From Spirochaetia bacterium (GTDB lineage: Bacteria > Spirochaetota > Spirochaetia > CAKZLE01): a stretch of 64,000 nucleotides of DNA. The DNA is taken from the NCBI GenBank assembly GCA_963677595.1, contig OY782041.1:2432001-2496000 (forward strand). The letters run 5' to 3'. The notes beneath the pieces are model-generated. The model was not told where the DNA came from and ran no database searches. It saw only the letters and a program-made list of their open reading frames with translations. Of this stretch, positions 43,665 through 54,114 are shown piece by piece (the first letter of the stretch is position 1; each line of letters begins with the position of its first letter). A program made the translations under genes and the position numbers.

Positions 43665-44462
43665 ATGTCAAATAAGACAGTAGAGGCTCTGTTCCTTGGT
43701 GATATCTGCGGAAAACCAGGGGCCAGAGCTCTATTTATTGGATTACGTCAGGTGATCCGCAAGTATAACATCGATATCGTCGTGGCCAACGGCGAGAATG
43801 CAGCCGACGGGTTCGGTATCATGCCCGGCGATGCGGACCAGATCCTCTCTGCCGGGGTCGACGTGATCACCTCCGGGAACCATGTCTGGCAGAAGGATGA
43901 GATCCTCGGCAGGCTGGTCTCGGACCAGAGGCTGCTGAGGCCGGCCAACTATCCTGCACAGGTCCCGGGCCACGGGCTTACCGTCCTGGAGAAGGGCGGC
44001 ATCCCGTTTGCCGTGATCAACCTGCAGGGGAGGGTCAGTATGCCGAATACCGACTGTCCCTTCCGGACGGCTGACGAGCTCCTCAAGCAGGTCCCAGGGA
44101 AGGTGAAGGTCATCCTCATTGACTTCCATGCAGAATCAGCCGAGGAGAAAGAAGCACTAGCCCTTTACCTCGACGGCAGGGCCTCGGTGGTCGTCGGGAC
44201 CCATACCCACGTACAGACAGCTGATGAGCGGATCCTGCCCGGCGGTACCGGCTATATGACCGATCTCGGGATGACCGGGTCAGCCATGAGCGTGATCGGG
44301 AGTGATCCCGGGATCTCCATCCAGCGCCAGCTGACCCAGATCCCCATGAAGAGCGAGATCTGTGATACTGAGGAGATGATCAACGGCCTGATCGCCGGGA
44401 TAGACCCCGCGACCGGCAGGACGGTAAGGCTGAAGCGGCTCAACACCTACCTGGGAGTATGA
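43665..44462 (+). CDS. YmdB-like metallophosphoesterase (TIGR00282 type)
   Basis: GDICG, NGENAA, TSGNH, DFHAE, GTHTHV; follows rny. Confidence 0.92.
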   Translation: MSNKTVEALFLGDICGKPGARALFIGLRQVIRKYNIDIVVANGENAADGFGIMPGDADQILSAGVDVITSGNHVWQKDEILGRLVSDQRLLRPANYPAQVPGHGLTVLEKGGIPFAVINLQGRVSMPNTDCPFRTADELLKQVPGKVKVILIDFHAESAEEKEALALYLDGRASVVVGTHTHVQTADERILPGGTGYMTDLGMTGSAMSVIGSDPGISIQRQLTQIPMKSEICDTEEMINGLIAGIDPATGRTVRLKRLNTYLGV

Positions 44463-44466
44463 CCCC

Positions 44467-45243
44467 GTGAAGAGGATCCCCCTGCTCGACCTGCTCTGCA
44501 GTCGGTACCCCGACCAGGAGCGGGAGCGCCTGATGGCCCGGATCATGTGCCGGGACGTCATGGTTGACGGCGGGCGGATCGCCAACCCGAAGGAGAAGGT
44601 CCGCCTTGATGCCGAAGTAGCCTTCCTTGATGAGGCCTTCGTCTCACGGGGCGGCAGGAAGCTCGAGCATGCGCTTGACGTGTTCGGTGTCGCGGTGGAC
44701 GGCAAGGTGTTCATCGATGCCGGAGCATCCACCGGGGGGTTCACCCACTGCCTGCTCTCCCGAGGGGCGGGGATGGTCTATGCGGTGGATGTCGGGTACA
44801 ACCAGCTCGCCTACCAGCTCCGTACCGACAGCCGGGTAGTGGTGATGGAGCAGACGAACATCATGCATGTCTCCGGCCTGGAACCGGTCCCAGACGCAGC
44901 GGTAGCAGACCTCTCGTTCCGGTCCATCTCCGGAGCTGCCTCCCACATACTCTCCCAGGTGACAGAACAGTGGATGATCGCACTGATCAAGCCCCAGTTC
45001 GAGCTGCAGCAGGAGATCCCCTCCTTTGACGGGGTCATTCGGGATACCTCAGTGGTCTCACGGGTGCTGCTGAAGACCTTCACCCAGCTCTCCGAAGAGG
45101 GGGTGGGGGTCGCGGGGATCACCGAGTCCCCGATCCTCGGCACGAAGGGGAACCGGGAGTACCTGGCCCTGCTCAAGCCGTCTGGAGCCCAGACCCTGTC
45201 AGCAGCGGGATTCTCCCAGCATATAACCTCATTGTTCCATTGA
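44467..45243 (+). CDS. tlyA: TlyA-family rRNA 2'-O-methyltransferase/hemolysin
   Basis: S4 domain, VSRGGRKL, DAGASTGGFT, LIKPQFE, GNREY. Confidence 0.9.
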   Translation: MKRIPLLDLLCSRYPDQERERLMARIMCRDVMVDGGRIANPKEKVRLDAEVAFLDEAFVSRGGRKLEHALDVFGVAVDGKVFIDAGASTGGFTHCLLSRGAGMVYAVDVGYNQLAYQLRTDSRVVVMEQTNIMHVSGLEPVPDAAVADLSFRSISGAASHILSQVTEQWMIALIKPQFELQQEIPSFDGVIRDTSVVSRVLLKTFTQLSEEGVGVAGITESPILGTKGNREYLALLKPSGAQTLSAAGFSQHITSLFH

Positions 45244-45288
45244 TACCATCAGTCGAAGAGTGATTGCGCCATTGTTCCAAAGGCGTTG

Positions 45289-45870
45289 TCATTGGTACAA
45301 TGATGCATTCTCATAATAGAAGGTCGCCCCGTCGATGAGGATGACGCACTCCTCGATGTAGGGCAGGGACCGTGCCGTGGCGGCGATCTGCCGGCAGGCA
45401 TACTCGGTACCCTCGTTCCCGAAGCTTCCGGGCACCTGCAGTTCCGCACCGAACTCTATATACGCGACATTGCGGATGATGCTGCTCCCTCGCAGGGTGG
45501 TGGCCTCCGGGATCAGGGTGATGGTCCCCTCCTGGAGCTCCTCGAGGCTCGGACCCTCCAGCAGTCCCTCGATGAGCAGGTCCAAACCGTTCGAATAGCC
45601 GATCTCGATGCTGCGCGGGCTGAGGATGAGCGTACCGTTCTCCTCTGGACTCAGGAAGAAGAGGTTGGCCTGGTAGTACATCATCTGGGTCTCGACCGTG
45701 TCTGACCGCTTCTCCAGATAGGTCCTGACCGTCTCCTCGAGCTCTGACCCCCGGTAGGTCCTCAAAGCGGCCGGGATGCTGTAGACCATGGCTGCGACTA
45801 CCACGGCAGCTAAGAGGATCCACATGCCGGGAGGGATCCTGTCATGCCGGCGGGGTTCTTGCTCCTTCAT
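45289..45870 (-). CDS. Membrane-anchored GerMN-domain protein
   Basis: N-terminal TM; LLEGPS..E...G..TLIP..T.L, QIAAT, ILIDG. Confidence 0.7.
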   Translation of the reverse strand: MKEQEPRRHDRIPPGMWILLAAVVVAAMVYSIPAALRTYRGSELEETVRTYLEKRSDTVETQMMYYQANLFFLSPEENGTLILSPRSIEIGYSNGLDLLIEGLLEGPSLEELQEGTITLIPEATTLRGSSIIRNVAYIEFGAELQVPGSFGNEGTEYACRQIAATARSLPYIEECVILIDGATFYYENASLYQ

Positions 45871-45948
45871 GGGAACAGCATACCGCAAACCGTAGTGCCG
45901 GGCAACCGTGAAGATGCCAAATCATGGAGGCAACCCGGCTATTATACT

Positions 45949-45977
45949 TTGACATCACAGGTAAAAGTACGTATAGT
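45949..45977 (+). promoter_or_regulatory. Sigma70 promoter of ptsI-der
   Basis: TTGACA-N17-TATAGT ending 9 nt before ATG 45987. Confidence 0.65.
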
Positions 45978-45986
45978 AGGACTATC

Positions 45987-47735
45987 ATGAGAATTGTCAA
46001 AGGGATCCCGGCATCTACCGGTATTGTGATAGGAAAAGTCTTCCTCTATGCCACACAATCACTGAAAGCACCGCGGTACAGCATCGACCCCGAAGAGGTG
46101 GTCGAGGAGCACGTGCGCTTCAGGGATGCGCTCCTGCGTGCGAAGGACGACCTTGCCAGGCTCAAGGAGGAGTCAGCCAGGAAGACGGTCGCAAGCGAGC
46201 TCGACATCATCGATACCCATATCATGATGATCGAGGACCCGGACTTCGAGCATTCCATCCTCCAGGGGATCGAGAAGCAGCTCATGAATGCGGAGTGCAT
46301 CATCGAGGACACGATCCAGATCATGGTCCAGTCCCTCGAGGGGAGCACGGATGAGTACCTGAAGGAACGGACGATGGATCTCTTCGATATCCAGAGCAGG
46401 CTCATACACCAGCTCATGTATATCGAACGGGCCTCCCTCGTCGATATCTCCGAGGAGGTGGTGCTCGTTGCGAACAACCTGCTGCCCTCGGAAGTCCTGA
46501 CCATGAACCGCGAGTTCATCAAGGGGATCGTCCTCGACACGGGGAGCCGGACCTCCCATACGGCCATCCTGGCGCGGGCCTTCGAGATACCGGCCGTGGT
46601 AGGGCTCTCGTCGATCACGAAGAAGGTCAATAACGAGGACCGGATCATCATCGACGGGATCGAGGGGAAGGTCTTCGTGCGTCCCAACAGGATCACCGAA
46701 GCAGCCTACCAGCGGAAGCTTAAGAAGTGGGAGATGCATGAGGAGGAGATGCTCACCTTCCATGACCTCTCCGCCAGGACCACTGACGGCAGGGTCGTCA
46801 GGCTGAAGGCCAACATTGAGATCCCGGAAGAGGTGGAGAGCTGCCTTTCCCATGGGGCCGAGGGGATCGGTCTCTACCGGTCCGAGTTCCTCTTCATGCG
46901 GCCTGGTGAACACGCCTCCGAGGAGGAGCAGTTCTATGAGTACTCCCGGGTGATCAAGGGCATGAAGGACCATGGTCCCGTGACCATCAGGACTATTGAT
47001 GTCGGCGGCGACAAGGTCATCCCCGGCCTCGAGGAGTTCGATGAGGAGAATCCCATCCTCGGGTGGCGGGCTGTCAGGTTCTGCCTCTCGAGGCCGGAGA
47101 TCTTCAAGACCCAGCTGCGGGCGATGCTCAGGGCGTCAGTCTACGGGCAGATGCGGATCATGTTCCCCATGATCAGCGGGGTGGAGGAACTCAACAGCGT
47201 TCTCGAGATCGTCGAGGAGGTCAAGCGGGGGCTCGTCAGGGACGGGATACCGTTCGACCAGGCCATCGAGCTGGGGACGATGATCGAGGTGCCCTCAGCG
47301 GCATTGATCGCCGACATCCTGGCGAAGAAGGTCGATTTCCTCTCCATCGGGACGAACGACCTGATCCAGTACACGATCGCGGTCGACCGGGGCAATGAGA
47401 AGATCGCCTATCTCTATGAGCCGCTGCATCCCGGCGTGCTGAGGATGGTCAAGATGATCATCGACAAGGGGCATGAGATGGAGGTCCCCGTGGGGATGTG
47501 CGGCGAGATGGCCGCAGACCCGCTCTATGTCTGTGTGCTTTTAGGACTCGGCCTTGATGAGTTCAGTATGAGTCCGGCAGGGATACCGGAAGTCAAGCGT
47601 ATCATCCGTTCTGTCAGCATGGAAGATGCACGGTCGCTCGTTGATGCGATCATCAGGATGGAATCATACGAAGAAATCAATATGTATGTCAGGAACTGGA
47701 TGGATGAACGATTCAAGATCTTCAATTACGAATAG
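45987..47735 (+). CDS. ptsI: Phosphoenolpyruvate-protein phosphotransferase (PTS enzyme I)
   Basis: TSHTAILAR phospho-His, GIGLYRSEF, SIGTNDLIQY, GMCGE. Confidence 0.95.
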   Translation: MRIVKGIPASTGIVIGKVFLYATQSLKAPRYSIDPEEVVEEHVRFRDALLRAKDDLARLKEESARKTVASELDIIDTHIMMIEDPDFEHSILQGIEKQLMNAECIIEDTIQIMVQSLEGSTDEYLKERTMDLFDIQSRLIHQLMYIERASLVDISEEVVLVANNLLPSEVLTMNREFIKGIVLDTGSRTSHTAILARAFEIPAVVGLSSITKKVNNEDRIIIDGIEGKVFVRPNRITEAAYQRKLKKWEMHEEEMLTFHDLSARTTDGRVVRLKANIEIPEEVESCLSHGAEGIGLYRSEFLFMRPGEHASEEEQFYEYSRVIKGMKDHGPVTIRTIDVGGDKVIPGLEEFDEENPILGWRAVRFCLSRPEIFKTQLRAMLRASVYGQMRIMFPMISGVEELNSVLEIVEEVKRGLVRDGIPFDQAIELGTMIEVPSAALIADILAKKVDFLSIGTNDLIQYTIAVDRGNEKIAYLYEPLHPGVLRMVKMIIDKGHEMEVPVGMCGEMAADPLYVCVLLGLGLDEFSMSPAGIPEVKRIIRSVSMEDARSLVDAIIRMESYEEINMYVRNWMDERFKIFNYE

Positions 47736-49065
47736 AACCATGCCGACGGTCGCCATCATAGGCCGGCCGAATGTCGGCAAGTCGACGCTCTTCAACCGCC
47801 TTATCAGGAAGAGGAAGGCGATCACCGATGCTATGCCTGGAGTGACCCGGGACCCGATCTTCGAACAGTGGGTCGTGGGGGACCGTATGGTGGAGCTGGT
47901 GGACACCGGCGGTGTCAAACTCGACCAGGAGGGACTCGACTCCCTCGTCACCGAGAAGAGCTATATGGTGCTCCGTGAGGCAGACGTGATCATACTCCTG
48001 CTGGATGTCACCGATGTGACCGGCGAGGACGAGACCCTCATGGAAGCCCTGAGGCCTTATTCAGGGAAGACCCTGCTGGCGATCAACAAGATCGACACGC
48101 CGAAGCGCGATGACCTCCTGTGGAACTTCTACCAGTACGGGTATGAGCGGGTCGTCGGTCTCTCTGCAGCCCATGGGTTGGGGATCGATGCCGTGGAGGA
48201 AGCGCTGGAGGAGATGATCGACTTCTCAGCCTATGAGGGGATGGAACCGTCTTTCGAGGAGGACCGTGCGATCAAGATCGCGATCATGGGTAAGCCGAAC
48301 ACCGGGAAGTCTACGCTGACGAACCTCCTGCTTGGAAAGGAGGCATCGATCGTGAGCGAGGTGCCCGGGACGACACGGGATGTGGTCTCCGGGGACTTCA
48401 CCTACAAGGGGGCTTCCTATACGGTCCTCGATACGGCGGGCATCCGGCGTAAGAACAAGGTCGATGTCGATGTGGAATACTACTCGGTCAACCGGGCGAT
48501 CAAGACGATCGACGAGGCCGATATCATCTTCCTGATGGTGGATGCCGCCGTGGGACTCGTGGAACAGGACAAGAAGATCGCGAACCTGATCGTGAAGAAG
48601 GGGAAGGGAGTCGTGATCGTCCTCAACAAGTGGGACCTGGTGAAGGAACTCCCGAACCAGATGGAAGCTATCAAGGAACGGACCCGGTTCGTCTTCCCGA
48701 TCCTCGGGTTCGCACCGCTGGTACCCCTCTCCTCGGCAACGGGCGAGGGAGTCGAGAAGCTCCTCAGTACCGGCTGGGGCGTCTACAAGCAGCTGAACAC
48801 CCGGGCTGAGACCTCCAGGGTGAATGCCGCCTTGCAGAGGTGGCTCGAGCATTATGAGCCTCCCCGGGGGAAGAAGACCTTCTATAAGATCTATTACGGG
48901 ACCCAGACGCATGCCGCGCCGGTAGAGTTCCTCTTCTTCGTGAACCGCTCGAAGGGGTTCCCCCAGGGCTACCTGCAGTACCTCACGAACTGCATCAGGA
49001 AGGATCTCGGGTTCACCTCGATCCCGATCAGGGTTGACCTGCGGGAGAGGGCTCGAAAGGATTGA
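47704..49065 (+). CDS. der: Ribosome biogenesis GTPase Der/EngA
   Basis: Two G domains (GRPNVGKS, GKPNTGKS, DTGG/DTAG); start 47704 or 47740. Confidence 0.96.
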   Translation: MNDSRSSITNRTMPTVAIIGRPNVGKSTLFNRLIRKRKAITDAMPGVTRDPIFEQWVVGDRMVELVDTGGVKLDQEGLDSLVTEKSYMVLREADVIILLLDVTDVTGEDETLMEALRPYSGKTLLAINKIDTPKRDDLLWNFYQYGYERVVGLSAAHGLGIDAVEEALEEMIDFSAYEGMEPSFEEDRAIKIAIMGKPNTGKSTLTNLLLGKEASIVSEVPGTTRDVVSGDFTYKGASYTVLDTAGIRRKNKVDVDVEYYSVNRAIKTIDEADIIFLMVDAAVGLVEQDKKIANLIVKKGKGVVIVLNKWDLVKELPNQMEAIKERTRFVFPILGFAPLVPLSSATGEGVEKLLSTGWGVYKQLNTRAETSRVNAALQRWLEHYEPPRGKKTFYKIYYGTQTHAAPVEFLFFVNRSKGFPQGYLQYLTNCIRKDLGFTSIPIRVDLRERARKD

Positions 49066-49766
49066 TGTTCGGGGGCATCGAGGCTGTCGGTTTCGATATC
49101 GACGGTACACTCTATCCCGAGACGGTGATGTACCTCTGCTCCATCCCGGCTTTCTGTCGGGCACCCTTCCTCATGGCCAGGTACGGCAGGATGCGGCGTG
49201 AGATCAGGGACCTTGAACCGGCTGCATCGCCTGGACTCTTCAGGGAACAGCAGGCTCGTATGGTGTTGGAGGCGATGCACCGGGAGGTGACGCCTGAACG
49301 GACGAGTGAGCTCCTTGAGCGGATCGATACCCGTATCTACCGGACCTGGGAACACAGCTTCTCCCCCATACGGCCGTTCGCGGGCGTCCTCGACCTCTTC
49401 AGGGCCCTCTCGGCGGCATCCATCAGGGTCGGGCTCCTCTCGGACCTCCCTCTGGGGATCAAGCCTGCAGCCCTCGGGGTCGAGCCCTACTGCGATGTGC
49501 TCTTCAGTGCGGAGGATACCGGGCAGCTGAAACCCCACGGCAGGCCGTTCGAGCGGCTTGCAAAAGAGTTCGGGGTCGATGACCCGGCCAAGGTCCTCTA
49601 TGTGGGGAACAGCTATTCGAAGGATATCATCGGGGCCAAGCGTGCCGGGATGCGGACAGCCCTCTACATCCACCCGGTGCACCGGAGACAGCTTGGGGGC
49701 AGCTACCCGGATGCTGACCTGGTGTTCAGCTCCTATCCTGTACTGAAAGGGATCCTGCTGAACTGA
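49065..49766 (+). CDS. HAD-superfamily hydrolase
   Basis: FDIDGTLY motif I, KP, YVGNSYSKDIIGA. Confidence 0.88.
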   Translation: MFGGIEAVGFDIDGTLYPETVMYLCSIPAFCRAPFLMARYGRMRREIRDLEPAASPGLFREQQARMVLEAMHREVTPERTSELLERIDTRIYRTWEHSFSPIRPFAGVLDLFRALSAASIRVGLLSDLPLGIKPAALGVEPYCDVLFSAEDTGQLKPHGRPFERLAKEFGVDDPAKVLYVGNSYSKDIIGAKRAGMRTALYIHPVHRRQLGGSYPDADLVFSSYPVLKGILLN

Positions 49767-49898
49767 CTGCATTGACAATCAGGCCCACACAGTCCTAGAA
49801 TAGAACGATGGTAACGTGTGTTGTCCATGAACTTCATCTTCTGATATGCCTGGATACGAGTCCAGTTGCCCAATAACACTGACTATGGCGAGGTGAAT

Positions 49899-51317
49899 AT
49901 GTGGTATTATATAGTGGATTTGGTCCTGTTCCTGCTGACCCTTTTCGTGATCATCCTGTTTCGCTACCAGGACCGAAAGGATCGCCAGATCTATCTGGTC
50001 AAGACCTATATGGAACGGGTGAAGACTGAGATCGAGGAGCGGGACCGCGAGATGCAGGCCCGTTTCACGGAGATCAACAGCCAGGTCGAGCTTCATGAGG
50101 CATCGGTTCGCACCATGCTGAAGCGGGTCGACCAGTCACTTGAGGATCTCGAGACCCATGCTGCGGACCTCTCACAGCTGCAGACCTATATCTCCCATTA
50201 CCACAGGATCATGAAGGATCTTGCCGTCCTTACCGAGAAGGCAGAACTCCGGATGGGCAGGCTCAAGGATGATATAGACCAGCTGGAGGCTGTGAAGAAG
50301 CAGCTTGCGGCAGTGGAACAGGTGAAGGACGAGTTCGAGGGCACGGTCGCAGAGCTGGAGGAAGCTCTCATCCGGGTCAGGGAATCGAAGAGTGCCGAGA
50401 TCGGGGAGTCGATCAGGGAGCAGCTCTCCTCCGAGATGGAGCAGGTCATGCTCCTCGGCCAGAAGAAGATCTCCAAGTCAGAACAGGAATTCGACCAACT
50501 CTACAACAACGCCCTCGAGGCGTTCAACAAGCAGGTGGACCGTGCGATCGGAGATGCGCTCTCTTCCATCCAGTCTGAGCTGGAGCAGTCAGTGCAGTCC
50601 GCCTTCCATGCCATAGAAGAACGATTGGAGGCTATCCCGGAGCAGGTGGTCACGGTCACCGAACCTGAGCCGGAACCAGAGCCAGAGCCGGAACCAGAGC
50701 CAGAGCCGGAACCTGAGCCAGAACCGGAACCTGAACCTGAACCGGAACCTGAGCCAGAACCGGAACCTGAACCGGAACCGGAACCTGAACCGGAACCGGA
50801 ACCAGAGCCAGAACCTGACGATGAGGCTGTCCGGTCCTGGGAGCAGGAGCAGCTGTTCACTGATGAAGCAGAAGAGGCTGCGGAACCAGAACCCGAAGAA
50901 GTGGGTGGCGAGGACGAGGAAGAGGAAGAAGAGGAAGACGATGAGCTGGTCGATCTCCTCGATGAGGACATGGTCGAAGAGGCCGTGGCTGAGGTCGAGC
51001 AGTTCATAGCCGAACAGTCTGAAGAGATAGATGATGAGCCGGAGGAAGACGAGGAGACGGAGGAACCTGCTGAAGAGGAGGGTGAACCCGACGACGACAT
51101 AGATGAGATCTACTATGAGGATGATGAGGAGATCATCCTGGAGGATGATGAGCCTGACGAGGATGAGCCTGAGAGCTATGCTGTCTCCCCTGACAAGAGG
51201 AGCATCGTCGAGGAGCATCTGAAGGAGGGGTTCTCCGTATCCGAGATAGCTGAACTGACGAACATCCCCAAAGGGGAGATCGAATTGATCAAAGAGCTCT
51301 CTGATTACGCGAACTGA
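49899..51317 (+). CDS. Membrane-anchored coiled-coil protein with (EP)26 linker, acidic tract and C-terminal HTH-like motif (spirochaete SpiroCoCo-like)
   Basis: N-terminal TM then [14 protein letters not shown]; heptad-rich region; C-terminus [21 protein letters not shown]; upstream TTGACA-N18-TAGAAT at 49772-49801. Confidence 0.7.
   Translation: MWYYIVDLVLFLLTLFVIILFRYQDRKDRQIYLVKTYMERVKTEIEERDREMQARFTEINSQVELHEASVRTMLKRVDQSLEDLETHAADLSQLQTYISHYHRIMKDLAVLTEKAELRMGRLKDDIDQLEAVKKQLAAVEQVKDEFEGTVAELEEALIRVRESKSAEIGESIREQLSSEMEQVMLLGQKKISKSEQEFDQLYNNALEAFNKQVDRAIGDALSSIQSELEQSVQSAFHAIEERLEAIPEQVVTVTEPEPEPEPEPEPEPEPEPEPEPEPEPEPEPEPEPEPEPEPEPEPEPEPEPEPDDEAVRSWEQEQLFTDEAEEAAEPEPEEVGGEDEEEEEEEDDELVDLLDEDMVEEAVAEVEQFIAEQSEEIDDEPEEDEETEEPAEEEGEPDDDIDEIYYEDDEEIILEDDEPDEDEPESYAVSPDKRSIVEEHLKEGFSVSEIAELTNIPKGEIELIKELSDYAN
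50661..50816 (+). repeat. Coding hexanucleotide repeat (GAR CCN)x26 encoding (Glu-Pro)26
   Basis: 156 bp of GAA/GAG CCT/CCG/CCA units. Confidence 0.95.
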
Positions 51318-51349
51318 CACATTTTCTTGTATGAAAGGGTAAAAAACGC

Positions 51350-51379
51350 TTGACTCAGATGAAACGGTCTTAGTATGTT
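51350..51379 (+). promoter_or_regulatory. Sigma70-like promoter of grpE-dnaK-dnaJ
   Basis: TTGACT-N18-TATGTT. Confidence 0.45.
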
Positions 51380-51505
51380 AAGTTTGCAGTAGGAAATACT
51401 TACACACTCTTGCTTTGTAGTGATAACACATTGAGAATTGCGGGATAGGAAAAGAATGCTCAGGAAACGACCTGGGCTTATTATGTATTTTGCGTAGGAG
51501 AATGT

Positions 51506-52114
51506 ATGGCCAGGAAGAACGAGAAGAAGACAGCTCCGGTTGAGGAAGCGGCTGCTGAACAGGCGGCCGAAGCCATAACAGAGAAGGATGAAGCACCATG
51601 TGATGAGGTGTCAGAACTCGAAGCGCTGAAGCAGTCAGCCTCGGATCTGGAGAAGGAGCTTGAGGAGTACAAGGGAAAGTACCTCCGCAAGCACGCAGAT
51701 TTCGAGAATTTCAGAAAGAGGATGCTCCGGGAGAAGGAGGACTCGATCAAGTATGCGAATACCAGCCTCCTGAAGGACCTGGTCTCCGTCATCGATGATT
51801 TCGAGCGTGCGATCAACTCTGCCCAGGAGTCCAAGGACTACGAGAGTTTCCTCTCGGGGATCAAGCTCATCGAGAAGCAGTTCGCCACGATGCTGGAGAA
51901 CAACTGGGGCCTGAAGAGGATGGAGACCGTCGGCGCTGAGTTCGATCCTCAGATGCACGAAGCACTGATGATGGAAGAGAATGCCGAATGTGCGGTCGAG
52001 ACGGTCCTCGAGGATTACCAGAAAGGGTATGTCCTCCATGACCGGGTGATCAGGCATGCGAAAGTTAAAGTGGGGAAGCCTCCTGTAGAGGCTGCTGCAC
52101 CGGCCGGCGAATAG
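51506..52114 (+). CDS. grpE: Nucleotide exchange factor GrpE
   Basis: ADFENFRKR, FDPQMHEA, QKGYVLHDRVIRHAKV. Confidence 0.96.
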   Translation: MARKNEKKTAPVEEAAAEQAAEAITEKDEAPCDEVSELEALKQSASDLEKELEEYKGKYLRKHADFENFRKRMLREKEDSIKYANTSLLKDLVSVIDDFERAINSAQESKDYESFLSGIKLIEKQFATMLENNWGLKRMETVGAEFDPQMHEALMMEENAECAVETVLEDYQKGYVLHDRVIRHAKVKVGKPPVEAAAPAGE

Positions 52115-52171
52115 GCCGGGCTGGGATACTATCATAATAAAACTACCAGTAGTGTAAGGAGAAAGGATACT

Positions 52172-54091
52172 ATGGGAAGGATAATTGGAATTGACCTTGG
52201 AACAACGAACTCATGTGTTGCAGTGATGGAGGGGGGGGAACCTGTTGTCATCCAGAACTCAGAAGGACAGCGAACGACTCCATCGATCGTCGGTTTCACC
52301 GCCAAGGGTGAACGACTGGTCGGACAGCCCGCAAAGAACCAGATCGTGACGAACCCGGAGAACACCATCTTCTCTATCAAGAGATTCATGGGGCGAAGGT
52401 TCGGGGAAGTACCTTCCGAGATCTCAATGGTGCCCTATTCGGTCAAGTCAGGATCAGGGAATGAAGTGCGGGTAGAAGCCCAGGGTAAGGACTATTCTCC
52501 TCAGGAGATCTCTGCAGCCGTCCTGCAGAAGATGAAGCAGACCGCTGAGGATTATCTCGGCGAGACAGTGACCGAAGCGGTCATCACCGTCCCTGCCTAC
52601 TTCAACGATGCACAGCGACAGGCAACCAAGGATGCCGGAAAGATCGCAGGGCTCGAGGTCAAGAGGATCGTTAATGAGCCGACTGCCGCCTCACTGGCAT
52701 ACGGGTTCGGTAAGGATACCACCAAGGATGAGAAGATCGCGGTATACGACCTCGGCGGCGGTACCTTCGATATATCGATCCTCGAACTCGGTGACGGGGT
52801 GTTCGAAGTGAAGTCCACCAATGGTGATACCCACCTCGGCGGTGACAACTTCGACCATAAGATCATGGACTGGCTGATCGAGACCTTCAAGTCCGATACC
52901 GGTATCGACCTCTCAAAGGACCGTATGGCCCTCCAGAGGCTCAGGGAAGCAGCAGAGAAAGCAAAGATCGAGCTCTCAAGCCGACAGCAGACCGATATAA
53001 ACCTGCCGTTCATCACCGCTGATGCAAGCGGGCCGAAGCACCTCCAGGTCTCACTGACCAGGGCAAAGTTCGAGCAGATGGTCGGGGAACTGATCCAGCG
53101 GACGAAGAATCCCTGCCTCAAGGCGATCAAGGATGCCGGGCTCTCAGCAAGCGACATCGACGAGGTCATCCTCGTCGGCGGTTCGACCCGTATCCCGGCT
53201 GTCCAGGAACTGGTGAAGGAACTCTTCAAGAAGGCTCCCAACAAGAGCGTGAACCCTGATGAGGTCGTTGCCATGGGTGCCGCGATCCAGGGAGGTATCC
53301 TCGGTGGGGACGTCAAGGATGTCCTGCTCCTCGATGTTACCCCGCTCTCACTCGGGATCGAGACACTCGGCGGTGTGTTCACCAAGCTCATCGAGCGGAA
53401 CACGACCATCCCGACACGAAAGAGCCAGATCTTCTCGACGGCTGCCGACAGCCAGACTGCCGTTTCCATCCACGTACTCCAGGGTGAGCGCGAGATGGCG
53501 AACCAGAACAGGACACTCGGGAACTTCGACCTGATCGGCATCCCAGCGGCGCCGAGGGGCGTACCCCAGATCGAGGTCACCTTCGATATCGACGCGAACG
53601 GCATCGTCCACGTATCAGCGAAGGACCTGGGCACCGGCAAAGAGCAGAAGATCAGGATCGAGTCATCCTCGGGTCTCTCCGATGATGAGATCGACAAGAT
53701 GGTCAAGGATGCAGAACTGCATGCCGAAGAGGATAAGGCCGAGAGGGAGAAGATCGAGGTAACGAACCAGGCAGACAACCTGATCTACTCGACCGAGAAG
53801 TCACTCAAGGACTACGGGGACAAGATCTCCTCCGAAGAGCAGGATGCGATCAAGAGCGCCTCAGAGGAGCTCAAGGCGTCCTTGGCATCAGGTGATGTGG
53901 AACAGATCAAGGCGAAGATGGAGGCTTTACAGCAGGCATCCTACAAACTGGCCGAAGAGGTCTACAAACAGGCCGCACCTGACCAGGGCGGAGCCCCGGG
54001 AGCAGGTGCCTCTGCAGCACAGAACGACCAGCCGGCAAAAGACGACAATGTCGAAGATGCAGATTTCGAAGTCGTCGATGATGACAACTAG
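52172..54091 (+). CDS. dnaK: Chaperone DnaK
   Basis: [27 protein letters not shown]. Confidence 0.99.
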   Translation: MGRIIGIDLGTTNSCVAVMEGGEPVVIQNSEGQRTTPSIVGFTAKGERLVGQPAKNQIVTNPENTIFSIKRFMGRRFGEVPSEISMVPYSVKSGSGNEVRVEAQGKDYSPQEISAAVLQKMKQTAEDYLGETVTEAVITVPAYFNDAQRQATKDAGKIAGLEVKRIVNEPTAASLAYGFGKDTTKDEKIAVYDLGGGTFDISILELGDGVFEVKSTNGDTHLGGDNFDHKIMDWLIETFKSDTGIDLSKDRMALQRLREAAEKAKIELSSRQQTDINLPFITADASGPKHLQVSLTRAKFEQMVGELIQRTKNPCLKAIKDAGLSASDIDEVILVGGSTRIPAVQELVKELFKKAPNKSVNPDEVVAMGAAIQGGILGGDVKDVLLLDVTPLSLGIETLGGVFTKLIERNTTIPTRKSQIFSTAADSQTAVSIHVLQGEREMANQNRTLGNFDLIGIPAAPRGVPQIEVTFDIDANGIVHVSAKDLGTGKEQKIRIESSSGLSDDEIDKMVKDAELHAEEDKAEREKIEVTNQADNLIYSTEKSLKDYGDKISSEEQDAIKSASEELKASLASGDVEQIKAKMEALQQASYKLAEEVYKQAAPDQGGAPGAGASAAQNDQPAKDDNVEDADFEVVDDDN

Positions 54092-54114
54092 AGTATAAAG
54101 GAAGTTCGAGAACC

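Noticed and set aside
50661-50816. Repeat array considered as CRISPR
   Set aside because: 6-bp in-frame coding repeat with no spacers and no cas genes.
50501-51320. Minus-strand ORFs with (SG)n and (RF)n repeats
   Set aside because: Alternative-frame readings of the (EP)26/acidic region of the plus-strand gene.
52597-53778. 393-aa minus-strand ORF antisense to dnaK
   Set aside because: Well-known shadow ORF opposite dnaK, caused by codon bias; no independent motif or SD.
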